Position numbers and translations under genes: made by a program. A DNA stretch of 64,000 bases from a virus. Lineage: Duplodnaviria; Caudoviricetes. The stretch covers positions 5,619 through 69,618 of IMG/VR virus record IMGVR_UViG_3300025580_000039; one strand, 5' to 3'. The notes below the pieces were generated by a model. It had not been told where the DNA came from. It did not search any database and was given only the letters and a program-made list of their open reading frames with translations. Below, piece after piece: positions 28,456 through 37,965 of the stretch; positions within the stretch are counted from its first letter, which is position 1, and each line of letters opens with the position of its first letter.

Positions 28456-29103
28456 CTAGTCGTCGAGCACGAAGCTACTGCGGGGGATCGGGACTGGATG
28501 GGCGCCGCGTTCGTCGATGCGGACGTCCTCCTCGGGTGAAGCGGGCTTGCGCTGGTCGACGATCTCGACGCCCGCGACCGCCAAGACCTGGCGGCGCTCT
28601 ACTTCGCTCATCCGCGAGATGTCGATCGGCCGGTCGAGGATCTCCAGGCCGGTGTCACCCGTATCGATTTCGGCAGGTGGGGCGTCGTCCACCTCCCGGA
28701 TGTCGGGCGGGGCCGCCTGCTCGCCGTCCATCCCCTTGGCCATCTTGTCGATCACGTCCCCGATGGTCGCGAGGAACGCGGGCCTCGCGATGGCGGGAAG
28801 GATGGGTTGGACCTCCTGGAAGGTGGTGGGGAGCCGCAGCTCACCGGTCACGGCATCCCGGATGGGGATGAGGTGGGCGCCCAGTACACGGCCGAAAGAG
28901 GCGTGCATCAGGTCGGCCGCCTGCTTCTCGTGCCGCTGGATGCCGGTGTACAAGAACACCCACCTCGTCGGGTTCATGTGGAGAAGCTGCTGCCATGCGC
29001 CTCCGGGATCGGAGGTGCTGCCGGAGCCTCCAAGGAGGGACCATCCTCCGGCGCCGATGACGTAGTGTTGGATGTCGAGGAGGCGGTCTTCCTCGATGGC
29101 GCT
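28456..29103 (-). CDS. Tail assembly chaperone T segment, translated by -1 frameshift from the G gene (fusion about 370 aa)
   Basis: The -1 frame from 29103 (SAIEEDRLLDIQHYVIG...QQLLHMNPTRWVFLY) is open into ORF 28456..28977 and has C-ending codons, while the 0 frame turns S/T low-complexity. Confidence 0.75.
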   Translation of the reverse strand, partial: SAIEEDRLLDIQHYVIGAGGWSLLGGSGSTSDPGGAWQQLLHMNPTRWVFLYTGIQRHEKQAADLMHASFGRVLGAHLIPIRDAVTGELRLPTTFQEVQPILPAIARPAFLATIGDVIDKMAKGMDGEQAAPPDIREVDDAPPAEIDTGDTGLEILDRPIDISRMSEVERRQVLAVAGVEIVDQRKPASPEEDVRIDERGAHPVPIPRSSFVLDD

Positions 29104-29567
29104 TTTAGGCCGCTGACGACCTCCGCGCGCCGCTCTTCCAGCTCGCTGTAGAACTTGAAGAACTCGGTGATGATCGTGTCGTCGAACTGCTGGAGGTACT
29201 CGTACAGCCGCTCACGGAAGTAGCTGCGCTGCTCCTCGGGGTCGTTCTGGAGGAGGCCCAGGAGTTGCTCGTCCTCCGGCAGTGGGAACAGCTCCCCGAT
29301 GGGCATGTCGTTGATGTGGGAGATGGCGGCCGCGGCGGTCGCCGACTTCCTGGACGACAAGAGCGCCATGTTGGATGCCATCGAGATGTACTGGTCGCGC
29401 CAGAGCGCTTCCCCATCCGACAGGGTGTGCATCCGGAACCTGCGACCCGCGAACTCGAACGTGTCCTCGATGCGACCCTTGAGCAGATCGCTCTTGAGGT
29501 CGAGGAGCACCTGGGACATGGGGCGCGGCGCCTTCTTCTTCTCGGGCGGCTTGCGATCTTCGGCCAT
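28974..29567 (-). CDS. Tail assembly chaperone G, 197 aa
   Basis: Lies between tube and tape measure; FEFAGRRFRMHTLS..E motif. Confidence 0.8.
   Translation of the reverse strand: MAEDRKPPEKKKAPRPMSQVLLDLKSDLLKGRIEDTFEFAGRRFRMHTLSDGEALWRDQYISMASNMALLSSRKSATAAAAISHINDMPIGELFPLPEDEQLLGLLQNDPEEQRSYFRERLYEYLQQFDDTIITEFFKFYSELEERRAEVVSGLKAPSRKTASSTSNTTSSAPEDGPSLEAPAAPPIPEAHGSSFST
29075..29124 (-). promoter_or_regulatory. Programmed -1 ribosomal frameshift signal
   Basis: GGAGG (29124-29120), 13 nt, then A_AAA_G in CTA AAA GCG (29106-29102). A 7-bp hairpin TCGAGGA/TCCTCGA (29096-29075) begins 6 nt after the AAA codon. Confidence 0.7.
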
Positions 29568-29589
29568 TGCGGTGGCCCTCCTGTTCTCG

Positions 29590-29639
29590 CCCGCCGGGCC
29601 CTATCGACCCGGCGGGGTGTAGTGGGGGCGGGATGCCCC
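29590..29639 (-). other. Two adjacent intergenic hairpins between tube and chaperone genes
   Basis: GGGGC-ATCCC-GCCCC followed by CCCGCCGGG-9nt-CCCGGCGGG; no U-tract. Confidence 0.5.
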
Positions 29640-29642
29640 GTG

Positions 29643-30095
29643 TTACTGGAGCCGGACCTTCCGGACGTACACGAGGGTGCCCTGCGTCTGGACCAGCCGG
29701 TCGCCGCCGGCCGTGTACGTCCGACCCAGTGAGCTGAACCAGCAGCCGATGTAGCTGCGGCCCTCGATGCCGTTGTTGGGGAACCGCCAGGTCTCCCGAA
29801 CCTCGAACGGGTTGGACTGGTCGCCCAACATCTCGAAGTCGGGCGTACCGAACGCCTGCTCCATCCGACGGCTGAACAGGTCGTAGCGGCCGACCGAGAT
29901 GGACAAGCCGCCGACGTTGCCCGGCACCGCTTCGATGGGCTCGCCGGAGGTCGCCTGGTTGATCTCGTAGACGTGCGAGACCTGGCGGGTCATGGTTGCG
30001 CCCCACGACTGGATCGATCCGACCGTCAGGCCGGACGCCCTGATGGTCATCGCGTGGGACGTGCGATGGACCGTGTTGGGAGGATTGACAGGCAT
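29643..30095 (-). CDS. Tail tube protein, 150 aa
   Basis: Directly after the sheath; VGSIQSW..TMTR....VYEI...EAVPG...ISVGRYDLF...YIGCWFSSLG fits the gp19-like tube. Confidence 0.88.
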   Translation of the reverse strand: MPVNPPNTVHRTSHAMTIRASGLTVGSIQSWGATMTRQVSHVYEINQATSGEPIEAVPGNVGGLSISVGRYDLFSRRMEQAFGTPDFEMLGDQSNPFEVRETWRFPNNGIEGRSYIGCWFSSLGRTYTAGGDRLVQTQGTLVYVRKVRLQ

Positions 30096-30106
30096 CGTTC
30101 GTCTCC

Positions 30107-32899
30107 TTACGCCGTCGCGGCGCTCTCACCCACGCTGAAGAACGGCGAGTCCACCGAGAACTCCCCGAAGATCCTCTTCGCCGGGTACCGCAGGTTGAAG
30201 TAGAAGCGGAAGTCGAAGCGGGTCGGGTCCGTCGACGACTGGAACACCTGGATGTCACTCGCGAGGTTGATGTCGCGGGTGCGGCCGTTGTCGTCGCGGA
30301 ACGGCCCGATCGCTCCCGACTGGATCAAGCTCGTGAGCGTGACGGCCACGACCGTCTTGATGTCGAAGATGAAGTCGGTCAGGTCTTCGGGGACGATGCC
30401 GATCAGGTTGGCATCGACCGCCTGGGCGACCGTCCGGACGCAGTTGTCCTTCTGGGCACCCGCGCTGATCTCCGCGAACGACACGAGCCCGCCGCCCCCT
30501 GCTTCCGTGGTGATGGGGTCGAGCATGATGAGACGGCCGGCGTCGTTCGTGACGACCAGGACGCCCGCGGGAGCGAGCAGATGGCGCTCGGCGTCCAGGT
30601 AGGTCTGGAACGTGTCGAGGTCGAACCCCGTGATCGTCTTGCGCAGCAGCGAGGTCGCCACCGACGTGAACGACGTGTGGCGGGCTGCCACGGCGACCGC
30701 CAGGAAGGTGGAGTTCAGCTCGACGACCGGCTGAGTGCCGTCCGGGAGCGTGAGGGTCTTGTCGACGTTCGGGGGAGCGCAGAGGATGAAACGGCCGCGC
30801 CCGGGCGAGTCGGCGGCGACCTGGAGGGTCCGCTTGGCCCGGTAGATGAACGTGTTGGCCGTGTCGATGTCGCCGATGTCGGTGTCGCGCACCATCCCGA
30901 ACCAGCCCCGCCGGAACTTCTTCTCCGTGATGGTCGACTTGTTGACCACGTGGTTCATGAGGGTCGATTGGATGGAGAGGAGCTGGCTGGCTGTCATGAC
31001 ATCGGGCAGGGGGGTGACGACCGCCACTTCCGTGATGGCGAAGTTGTCGAGCCCGTCGTTGATGGCGGTCTGGTAGTCGGCGACCGAGTAGGCGTCGTCG
31101 TCGTTCGAGTCGCGCACCTGAACGAGGAAGATGCTGGGGGCGTCGTTCTCGAAGGCGATCTGGCCCGCGATGGCGAGGGAGTTGTCGATCGCCGAGTCCC
31201 CGACCTGCCCGAACACCTGGTCCTGGCTGAACACCCGCAGAGGCGTGTTGTAGTCGGTGGTGGGGCGGACGTAGTCGTAGGACGCGTAGTAGACGGATCC
31301 GACGGCCGGCCGCTCGCCCGTTCCCGTGATGGTGTAGGGGAGCTGGGCGGTCTGGAGGCCGAGGACGATCGTGTGGGCGGATGCCGTCTGCGACTGCGAG
31401 ATCCGCACTTTCGACGTCTCCCCCTGGGTTGGGCTGAGGAGACGCAGCATGTCGGCGCCGGTGTTCTGCGCGACCGTCGAGAACGTCGACCCGTACTCCG
31501 AGTGGTCGGCGAACCGGGCGTTGATGTCGGCGATGATGGCGGCGATCGTGATGGCGCCACCGACGTCCAGGATGCAGGCGACCGACCCATCACCGAGCTG
31601 CTTGAGGGGCACCTGGGTGTTGTCGAGCCCGAAGAGGATGGTGTGGGCGTTCGAGACACCCTCGTCGAGGATCTCGACCGAGCTGTTGGCTCCGATCGTT
31701 GGACTGGTCAGCCGGATGCGAGCGCCCGCCGCCACCGTCGAGGCGACCGACCCGTACGATCCACCGTACAGCCCGGAGGCCACCAGCGCCGCGTTGATCT
31801 CACCCACGATCGTCCCGGCCGTCACCGCCCCACCCGCCGTCAGCGTGATGTCGATGTTGCCGCGCCCGTCGATGTTGAGCCGGAGGATGTTGTTGCCCGC
31901 GCCCGTGTTGTACGGACCGGTCACCAACGTGGTCCACTCGGCCGCGATGGCACCGTCGACCAAGTCGTCGAACGCGATGTCCAGCACGGAGACAGCGGCC
32001 AGGTTGAATGGGGTCGCATTCGTCCCCAACAGCTCGGCGGCCTGGTCGATCGACCAGTCGATCGCATCGGCGTTCACGATGTAGGGGAAGGTCGAGATGC
32101 CGAACACCGCGGCGGCCGCGTTGGTCGCGCCCGTGTTGATCCGGATCTGCGAGGTTGCGCCGCGCGTCGGACTCGTCAACCGGACCTGGTCGCCGTTGTA
32201 GACCTCCGCGACCGTCCCGTACGATGCCCCGTAGTCGCCGGAAGCGATGAGGGCGGCGTTGATGTCGGCGACGACCTCGGCGGCCGTCGACGTCGCCGGC
32301 ACGGCTCCCACGACCGTGATGGTGAGCTGGGGCTTGCCGTCGATCTGGATGTAGAGCGACTGGTTGACCGCCAGGTCGTAGGTGTCGTTGATGGGCGAGT
32401 TGATCCGCGCGTACGTGTCGAGCTGGTAGTCGATGTTCTCATCGAACGTCGTGACGCCCGCGAACGAGCCGACCCGGACGATCTCCCTGGAATCGGCGTT
32501 GGCGAGGTAGTCGCGGTCGGTCGTGGTGGCGACGTAGTCGATCGTGTAGGTCGCGCCCGACACGTACCCGTTGTCACTGATGCGCACGACGGTCGTCGAG
32601 TCGAACGACCAGAGCGAGACGGCCAGCGGGACGCCGTTGACGTACAGGGTCGAGTCGTTCTGCAACCCGGTGGACGTCTGGGCCAAGGTGGCGGTGTGGG
32701 CGCCCGGTGTGGCTGAGACGGTCAGGGCCTCGGCGGCGATGCCACCCCGCCGGATCGCCTCGTTGGATGCCCTCTTGAGCTTGTTGCCCGGCCCGACGAT
32801 CGCGAGCGTCTGGGGGACGGATGCGATCGAGAGGGCGTTCGGGACCACGACCTCCTGGATGAGGACGCCGGGATCCGTGTAGGTTGTGACCTGGACCAT
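30107..32899 (-). CDS. Tail sheath protein with large inserted domains, 930 aa
   Basis: YTDPGVLIQEV N-terminus; C-terminal VAVAARHTS...LLRKTITGF, DPITT and FRFYFNLRYPAKRIFGEF are sheath-like. Confidence 0.92.
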   Translation of the reverse strand: MVQVTTYTDPGVLIQEVVVPNALSIASVPQTLAIVGPGNKLKRASNEAIRRGGIAAEALTVSATPGAHTATLAQTSTGLQNDSTLYVNGVPLAVSLWSFDSTTVVRISDNGYVSGATYTIDYVATTTDRDYLANADSREIVRVGSFAGVTTFDENIDYQLDTYARINSPINDTYDLAVNQSLYIQIDGKPQLTITVVGAVPATSTAAEVVADINAALIASGDYGASYGTVAEVYNGDQVRLTSPTRGATSQIRINTGATNAAAAVFGISTFPYIVNADAIDWSIDQAAELLGTNATPFNLAAVSVLDIAFDDLVDGAIAAEWTTLVTGPYNTGAGNNILRLNIDGRGNIDITLTAGGAVTAGTIVGEINAALVASGLYGGSYGSVASTVAAGARIRLTSPTIGANSSVEILDEGVSNAHTILFGLDNTQVPLKQLGDGSVACILDVGGAITIAAIIADINARFADHSEYGSTFSTVAQNTGADMLRLLSPTQGETSKVRISQSQTASAHTIVLGLQTAQLPYTITGTGERPAVGSVYYASYDYVRPTTDYNTPLRVFSQDQVFGQVGDSAIDNSLAIAGQIAFENDAPSIFLVQVRDSNDDDAYSVADYQTAINDGLDNFAITEVAVVTPLPDVMTASQLLSIQSTLMNHVVNKSTITEKKFRRGWFGMVRDTDIGDIDTANTFIYRAKRTLQVAADSPGRGRFILCAPPNVDKTLTLPDGTQPVVELNSTFLAVAVAARHTSFTSVATSLLRKTITGFDLDTFQTYLDAERHLLAPAGVLVVTNDAGRLIMLDPITTEAGGGGLVSFAEISAGAQKDNCVRTVAQAVDANLIGIVPEDLTDFIFDIKTVVAVTLTSLIQSGAIGPFRDDNGRTRDINLASDIQVFQSSTDPTRFDFRFYFNLRYPAKRIFGEFSVDSPFFSVGESAATA

Positions 32900-32979
32900 G
32901 TTCTATTCCCTCGAAAAACAGCGGTTGCAGCCCGAAGGCTCGTCGTGGGCACATGGCCCAGTGGTCCGACTCGTCCCCA

Positions 32980-34740
32980 TCAGCTCGCCTCCGGGAGTTC
33001 TTCTCGGTTGAGCGTGATGGTGTCGGAGAAGGTTGTCGTGATCGTGATGGAATCGGTCGCGGGCGTGGTGGTCGGCAAGGCGAGCGGGTCGACCACGACC
33101 GTGATGGTCGTGCCCCCCGCTCCCGCCAGCACGAACGTCCCACCCGCCGCGACGTTGACGGCTGGACCCGGGGTATCGCCGAACGGCGCCCACGTCAGGT
33201 TCCTGGCCAGGCCGACGATCGCGTACGCGAGTGTGCCGGCGCCCGCCGGGGCCGTAGCACCGACGGAGTCGATCCGGACGCCCGTGATGTTGACGGGTGC
33301 GGTCGCCCGATTGACCGGCAAGCCAGCCGCCTGGACGGAGACGGCGATGGTCGATCCGTCCCCACCCGGCAGGGTGAACACCCCGCCTGCCCCAACCGCC
33401 ACGGCCGCACCCGGCACAACCGACCCAGGCGCTTGCCACTGGAGCGTCTGGGCGGCGCCCGCCACGTACGTGAGGGTGCCGGCGCCCGAGAGGGTCGCGG
33501 AGTCGAGGGCGATGATCGTGCAGCCGAGGATGTTGGTCGGCTGCGTGTTGGTCTGGTAGGCGTGCTGGCGGAGCTGGTAGGTCGGTGGAATCAGGTTGGC
33601 CGGGATCTTCCGGTCGACGTAGTCGTTGATGACGATCGGGATGTTGAACCGGTTGACGTGGATCTTCGTTTCCCTCTCACCATCGGACCGGGGGATGTCG
33701 GCCTCGCCGGCCAGCGACCAGTCCCCCAGGATGATCTGGAAGTACCGCTCGGTCGTCGCGGCCGCGCCCGGCTCGCTGTAGACGTGCTCGCCGTAGAACG
33801 TGAAGTCCCGGTCGGCCATGTAGAGGGAGAAGAAGTAGATGAGGAGGTCGGTCAGCTCGGTCCGCTCGTTGTCCGAGTCGGCCCCGACGTCGATGCCGAT
33901 CGTGAAGGAGGCGGAGACGCCGTACCTGTTGGCAGGGCGACGGTCCGGGTTGTCGGAGTCGTCCTGCTGGCCGATCGTGAAACCCAGCTCGGTGAGGAGG
34001 GCGGCCGTCCCACCCGTCACCTCGATGGCGTTGGGGGTCTCGTGGTCGGAAACGCGGTAGTCGCGCGGGTTGGTGGCGACCGGCAGGTGGGTCGACTTGG
34101 TCGAGCGGACCGGCCCGCCGGCAACCAGCTCCAGGTAAGTGGCGGCCCCGACCGTGACGGCGCGGGCCCGCGCGTAGAGCGCCTGGAAGTTGATGATGTC
34201 GGCGAGCTGTTGGGCGGTCACGGCAGCAGGCGTCGGGAACACCATGCTGGGCAGCACCATCGTGCTCGTCCGGTACGTGACGCCATCCGGCTTGGTCCGG
34301 AAGGCGATCCGTGGCGGGGTCGTGACGTTCAGGATGCCGGTCAGGTCGTAGGGCTCCGGATTGGCCGAGCGAACCCGCGGGGGGTACTGGACGTGGTCGA
34401 CGAACGAGCCCGTCACCCCGATGGGCCGCCGCCCTCCACCCGCCTTCGTGACGGAGATGAGGGGGAGCTTCTGGAGGATGTCGGGGTACTCGCGGATGAG
34501 GGTGACGAGGTTCTCGAACGGGTCGGTCGACTGCTGGGAGATCCCGTACTTCCCGATCGTCAGGATCTCGGCGAACCGGGCGGCCGCGGTGGTCGGCTGC
34601 GCGAAGAACCGGCGCAGCTCCTCGATGAACGCGTCCTTCGCCGTCTCGACCAACTGGGAGAAACGGAAGTCGTCGCGCGTGTCGGTCGCGTTGGTCGGGC
34701 TGTTGCGCTTGAGCGCAAGGTCATCGGTCGCGAATGCCAC
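32980..34740 (-). CDS. Tail terminator/completion-like protein with two C-terminal shared modules, 586 aa
   Basis: Directly before the sheath; KLPLISV and FTIGIDVGADSDNERTELTDLL motifs. The function is inferred largely from position. Confidence 0.55.
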   Translation of the reverse strand: MAFATDDLALKRNSPTNATDTRDDFRFSQLVETAKDAFIEELRRFFAQPTTAAARFAEILTIGKYGISQQSTDPFENLVTLIREYPDILQKLPLISVTKAGGGRRPIGVTGSFVDHVQYPPRVRSANPEPYDLTGILNVTTPPRIAFRTKPDGVTYRTSTMVLPSMVFPTPAAVTAQQLADIINFQALYARARAVTVGAATYLELVAGGPVRSTKSTHLPVATNPRDYRVSDHETPNAIEVTGGTAALLTELGFTIGQQDDSDNPDRRPANRYGVSASFTIGIDVGADSDNERTELTDLLIYFFSLYMADRDFTFYGEHVYSEPGAAATTERYFQIILGDWSLAGEADIPRSDGERETKIHVNRFNIPIVINDYVDRKIPANLIPPTYQLRQHAYQTNTQPTNILGCTIIALDSATLSGAGTLTYVAGAAQTLQWQAPGSVVPGAAVAVGAGGVFTLPGGDGSTIAVSVQAAGLPVNRATAPVNITGVRIDSVGATAPAGAGTLAYAIVGLARNLTWAPFGDTPGPAVNVAAGGTFVLAGAGGTTITVVVDPLALPTTTPATDSITITTTFSDTITLNREELPEAS

Positions 34741-34754
34741 GGGCCTGTGCGGAC

Positions 34755-34786
34755 AGGCTACCGCGCGAGAGCACGGAATTTTAGAA
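34755..34786 (-). promoter_or_regulatory. Bipartite promoter motif, copy 2: TTCTAAAATTCCG-N11-GGTAGCCT
   Basis: Intergenic; same spacer; hexamer 14 nt before GTG 34740. Confidence 0.75.
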
Positions 34787-34806
34787 CCGGAACGGCGACT
34801 TGCCCG

Positions 34807-35379
34807 CTACCTGGTCAAGCCGAGCACCCGAACGATCAACCCGTCGAACGTCGTCTTCAGCTTGGTCTGCCGGAACTCCTCCATCCCCTTCTCCAGGAAG
34901 TTCTTGGGGGCGAGGCCGGGGTGCCACCAGGGCGGACCGCCGGGATTCCGCGCCATCTGCTCCTCGGTGACGGTCCGGAAGAGGACATCCCCCTTACCCG
35001 GCCCCGTCTTGATCGGGATGATGGCCGCCTTGGCGCCCTCACGAAGTGGCCCGTGACCCAGGTACCAGGCGTTCTTGGCGTTGAGCAGGTAGACCATCTT
35101 GTGCGGCCGGACGCCGACGTTCTGCCAGTAGGCGTACGGCTTCGAGTTCGAGATGAACCCCATCCCCTTCGCGAGGTCGTACCTGGAGAACCACGACTGG
35201 TCGAGCCCACCGCCCGACGGGTTCTTCCACAGACGCGACGCGTAGGACCGGATGGTGTCGAGCGCCCCTTCCGTGATCTCGCGGATGACGTACATGCGGT
35301 AGACCTCCCAGAAGCGGGGGTCGGCCAGCTTGGTCAGGAAGTTGTGGTCGGAGACGACCTGGATGGTGACGGACGGCAC
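34807..35379 (-). CDS. Neck/tail-completion protein (HK97 gp10-like), 190 aa
   Basis: PYAYWQNVGVRPH and WWHPGLAPKNFLEKGM resemble gp10-like motifs. Confidence 0.7.
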   Translation of the reverse strand: MPSVTIQVVSDHNFLTKLADPRFWEVYRMYVIREITEGALDTIRSYASRLWKNPSGGGLDQSWFSRYDLAKGMGFISNSKPYAYWQNVGVRPHKMVYLLNAKNAWYLGHGPLREGAKAAIIPIKTGPGKGDVLFRTVTEEQMARNPGGPPWWHPGLAPKNFLEKGMEEFRQTKLKTTFDGLIVRVLGLTR

Positions 35380-35712
35380 CTACATCCTCCTGCGCGCGTA
35401 CTCGCGGCGGGGCGGCCGCACCACCGAATGGAGCGGGTTGGGTCCAACCAGGTAGCTGGGGACCATGCAGGTGGGCAGGCCCGTCTTCGTGACCTTCTCG
35501 TCGAGGCCAAGGGGATCGGCCGCTACCGATGCGATCGGGCGGGACGGCGCCGGTCCGAACTTGCTTGGCCCCCGCTGCGGCCGCCCGAACTTGATCGGAG
35601 GGCAGCAGTTGCAAGCGGTCGGGCACAGGGTCGTCCCGGTCGTCGTCGCCGCGTTGGAGTACGTCAGCGTGAGGGTGTTGGTCGTGTAGGTCGCGTCAAC
35701 CGCGAAGAGCAT
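35380..35712 (-). CDS. Small hypothetical protein with CPTACNCC cluster, 110 aa
   Basis: TGATG overlap upstream; its stop abuts the next GTG. Confidence 0.6.
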   Translation of the reverse strand: MLFAVDATYTTNTLTLTYSNAATTTGTTLCPTACNCCPPIKFGRPQRGPSKFGPAPSRPIASVAADPLGLDEKVTKTGLPTCMVPSYLVGPNPLHSVVRPPRREYARRRM

Positions 35713-37088
35713 CAGAAGACCTGCCCGATGATCTCGTCACGCTGGGGCCGGCGAGACGAGAACCCCTGCGAGATGAAGATGCCCTTGGGGTCGTCGTAGT
35801 CGAAGGCAACGAGGTCGAACCGGATGCCCGCATGGACGCCCTCGCGGAACTCGATGAACGCCTTCTGCTGGATGAGGTTGACGTCGGGGGGTGCGACGAC
35901 GTCGGGATCCTGGTCGACCATGTTGTCGAAGTGGCGGAGGGGGACGGTCCACCACCGAAGGTTGCCATCCGAGTCCACCACACCCGTCCCCTCGCGCGAG
36001 CGCGTCTTGGTCGGCCGCCCCTTCAGCACTCGGATGAACGGGTCGTCGAGCCGGGCGTAGCGGACGCGGAGCATCTCGAAGAACGGGCTCTTGTCCGCCG
36101 CCAGCGTCCTCGTGAGCGTCACGCGGAACCGAAGGGTTCCCCCGGCTGTCACCGACAAGCTCGGGAGGGTCGAGATGGCCGCGTAGCCCCCTCCGTTGAC
36201 CGACACCTCCACCACTACCGCGGTGCCGGCCGGCTGGCGGATGTAGCTGTCGACCCGGTACTGGGCCGGGTTGGTGGCGGCCGAGATGCCCGGCACCCCA
36301 ACGGTGTAGATGGGGGAGGTGATCGTACCCGACAGCGCCCCCGCATTGAGCTGGAGGCGGTAGGGGGTGAACTCGGTGTAGAGGGAGGTGTTGGCGAGCG
36401 TGACGGCTGGGTCGATCGCGCAGACGTGGATCTCGTGGTGGCCGAACTTCGTGAACCCTGGCACCACGCCGGTCCCGTAGCACGACCGGCACTTGCCGTC
36501 CGGCTGCTTGGCCGTTTGCTTGTAGCAGGAGCACAGCGGGTAGACCGCGTTCGTGACGGTTGTCTGGTCGACCTGCGGGTTGAAGTTGGGGGTGTGGATC
36601 AAGGACCGGGAGAACGTGATGGTGTTGCTGTACGGCCCCCCGGAGGTCGGGACGGTGATGGGGTCGACCGCGATGGTCAGGTAGTGGCCGGAAGGGGGCT
36701 CCAGGCGAACGACGCCGCCCGCACGGACGTTGACGGCCGGGGCAGCCGTTCCCCCGGGCGGGGTCCAAACGGCCATCGTGGTGGCGCCAGCGACCGTCAG
36801 GACGAGCGTTCCGGCCCCCTGGGGGATCCGATGGCTGAACCCGACGACCGCCACCCCCGCGATGGGGGTGGCCTCCGAGAGGGCGGCCTGCGGGACCTCC
36901 CGCCACAGGTCGGCGGCCAGCCCGGCCCCCAGCACCTTGTCGATGTGGGCCTTCAGCATCTTGAAGATGGTCTGGTCGCCCTGGATGCGGGCGTGTACCC
37001 CCTCGCCCGCGTAGCGCCCCCAGTAGCCGGTGGGGTGGTGCTTGCCCGAGACCTTCACGAACCCCCTGCGTCCGACCCCAGTCGTCAT
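35712..37088 (-). CDS. Head-closure/neck protein with zinc finger, 458 aa
   Basis: YPLCSC...PDGKCRSCYGTG.VPGF motif as in myovirus neck proteins; one shared module inserted. Confidence 0.7.
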   Translation of the reverse strand: MTTGVGRRGFVKVSGKHHPTGYWGRYAGEGVHARIQGDQTIFKMLKAHIDKVLGAGLAADLWREVPQAALSEATPIAGVAVVGFSHRIPQGAGTLVLTVAGATTMAVWTPPGGTAAPAVNVRAGGVVRLEPPSGHYLTIAVDPITVPTSGGPYSNTITFSRSLIHTPNFNPQVDQTTVTNAVYPLCSCYKQTAKQPDGKCRSCYGTGVVPGFTKFGHHEIHVCAIDPAVTLANTSLYTEFTPYRLQLNAGALSGTITSPIYTVGVPGISAATNPAQYRVDSYIRQPAGTAVVVEVSVNGGGYAAISTLPSLSVTAGGTLRFRVTLTRTLAADKSPFFEMLRVRYARLDDPFIRVLKGRPTKTRSREGTGVVDSDGNLRWWTVPLRHFDNMVDQDPDVVAPPDVNLIQQKAFIEFREGVHAGIRFDLVAFDYDDPKGIFISQGFSSRRPQRDEIIGQVF

Positions 37089-37098
37089 CGCGGCCCTC

Positions 37099-37959
37099 TC
37101 AGGTGCTCAGGAACCCCCGGAACAGGATGCCGTTCGGGGCTGCCTGCATGAGCTGCATGAGCCGGAACGAGACGCCTGCCTGGAGGTGGATCGACCCCAT
37201 CGTAGCGAAGTTGAGCTTGAACAGGGGGACGAGCCGGTCGAGCCGCTGCTGGAGGAAGCCGAGGAACGACTGGAGGGGCTGGACGTGTCCGATGTTGAAC
37301 GAGTAGCCCTGGTCCGAGTAGTTGATGTCGGTGTCGACCGCGAAGAGGGTCTGGCTTTGGAGGGCGACCAACGTGGCGGTGTCGACGAGGAGCTGGCCGT
37401 GCGTCTGGAACGGGTAGTTCTCCAACAGGATGGAGGTCGACGGCTGGTAGAGGTTGATGACGTTCAGGCCGCCCTCCAAGTACATGAGGAGCTGGGCGTC
37501 CGTGTAGCCGAGGAAGATGTCGTTGGTGGGGTCGACGATCTTGACGGCCTTGTCGATCTGGAGCCGGAAGTACGGGAGGTACGCGAGGACCCGGGGGTCG
37601 ACGATCTTGACGACCTGGAGGACGGTGGCCGCCTCCGTGGCGCCCGCGATGGTCGCGCGCCAGATGAACAGGAGGTCGCGGACCAGGTTGGTCTCCGTCT
37701 GGGTCGGGATGTTGTCGGGGGCGGTCGGGTCGCCCCAGTCGATGTAGTATTTGCCGGTCGACGCGTTGACCAACCGGGTAGACGGGTTAGTGAGGGAATC
37801 GCTGTACAGGACCGTCTTGCTCCGGTCCATGACGGTCAGGGCCAGGGTGTTGGCGTTCGCCAAGTTGCCGTTCTCGTCGTAGATGGTGATGTTGACGAGC
37901 TGGTCCTGGTTCTCCAGGATCATCTCGACGTCGTTCGACATCAACGCCGGGCCGGCCAT
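37099..37959 (-). CDS. Head-tail adaptor with N-terminal Ig-like domain, 286 aa
   Basis: Beta N-half (LVNITIYD...STGKYYIDW) followed by a helical adaptor (LPYFRLQID...YTDAQLLMYLEGGLNVIN). Confidence 0.65.
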   Translation of the reverse strand: MAGPALMSNDVEMILENQDQLVNITIYDENGNLANANTLALTVMDRSKTVLYSDSLTNPSTRLVNASTGKYYIDWGDPTAPDNIPTQTETNLVRDLLFIWRATIAGATEAATVLQVVKIVDPRVLAYLPYFRLQIDKAVKIVDPTNDIFLGYTDAQLLMYLEGGLNVINLYQPSTSILLENYPFQTHGQLLVDTATLVALQSQTLFAVDTDINYSDQGYSFNIGHVQPLQSFLGFLQQRLDRLVPLFKLNFATMGSIHLQAGVSFRLMQLMQAAPNGILFRGFLST

Positions 37960-37965
37960 ACCGAC

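Noticed and set aside
18008-32899. Extracellular contractile injection system or T6SS rather than a phage
   Set aside because: Capsid, decoration, maturation protease, neck and holin genes are present on the same strand.
32914-32940. AGCC-UUCG-GGCU hairpin plus a T5 run as an intrinsic terminator before the sheath gene
   Set aside because: The stem is only 4 bp and the T-run is 10 nt away and overlaps the sheath translation-initiation region; too weak to call.
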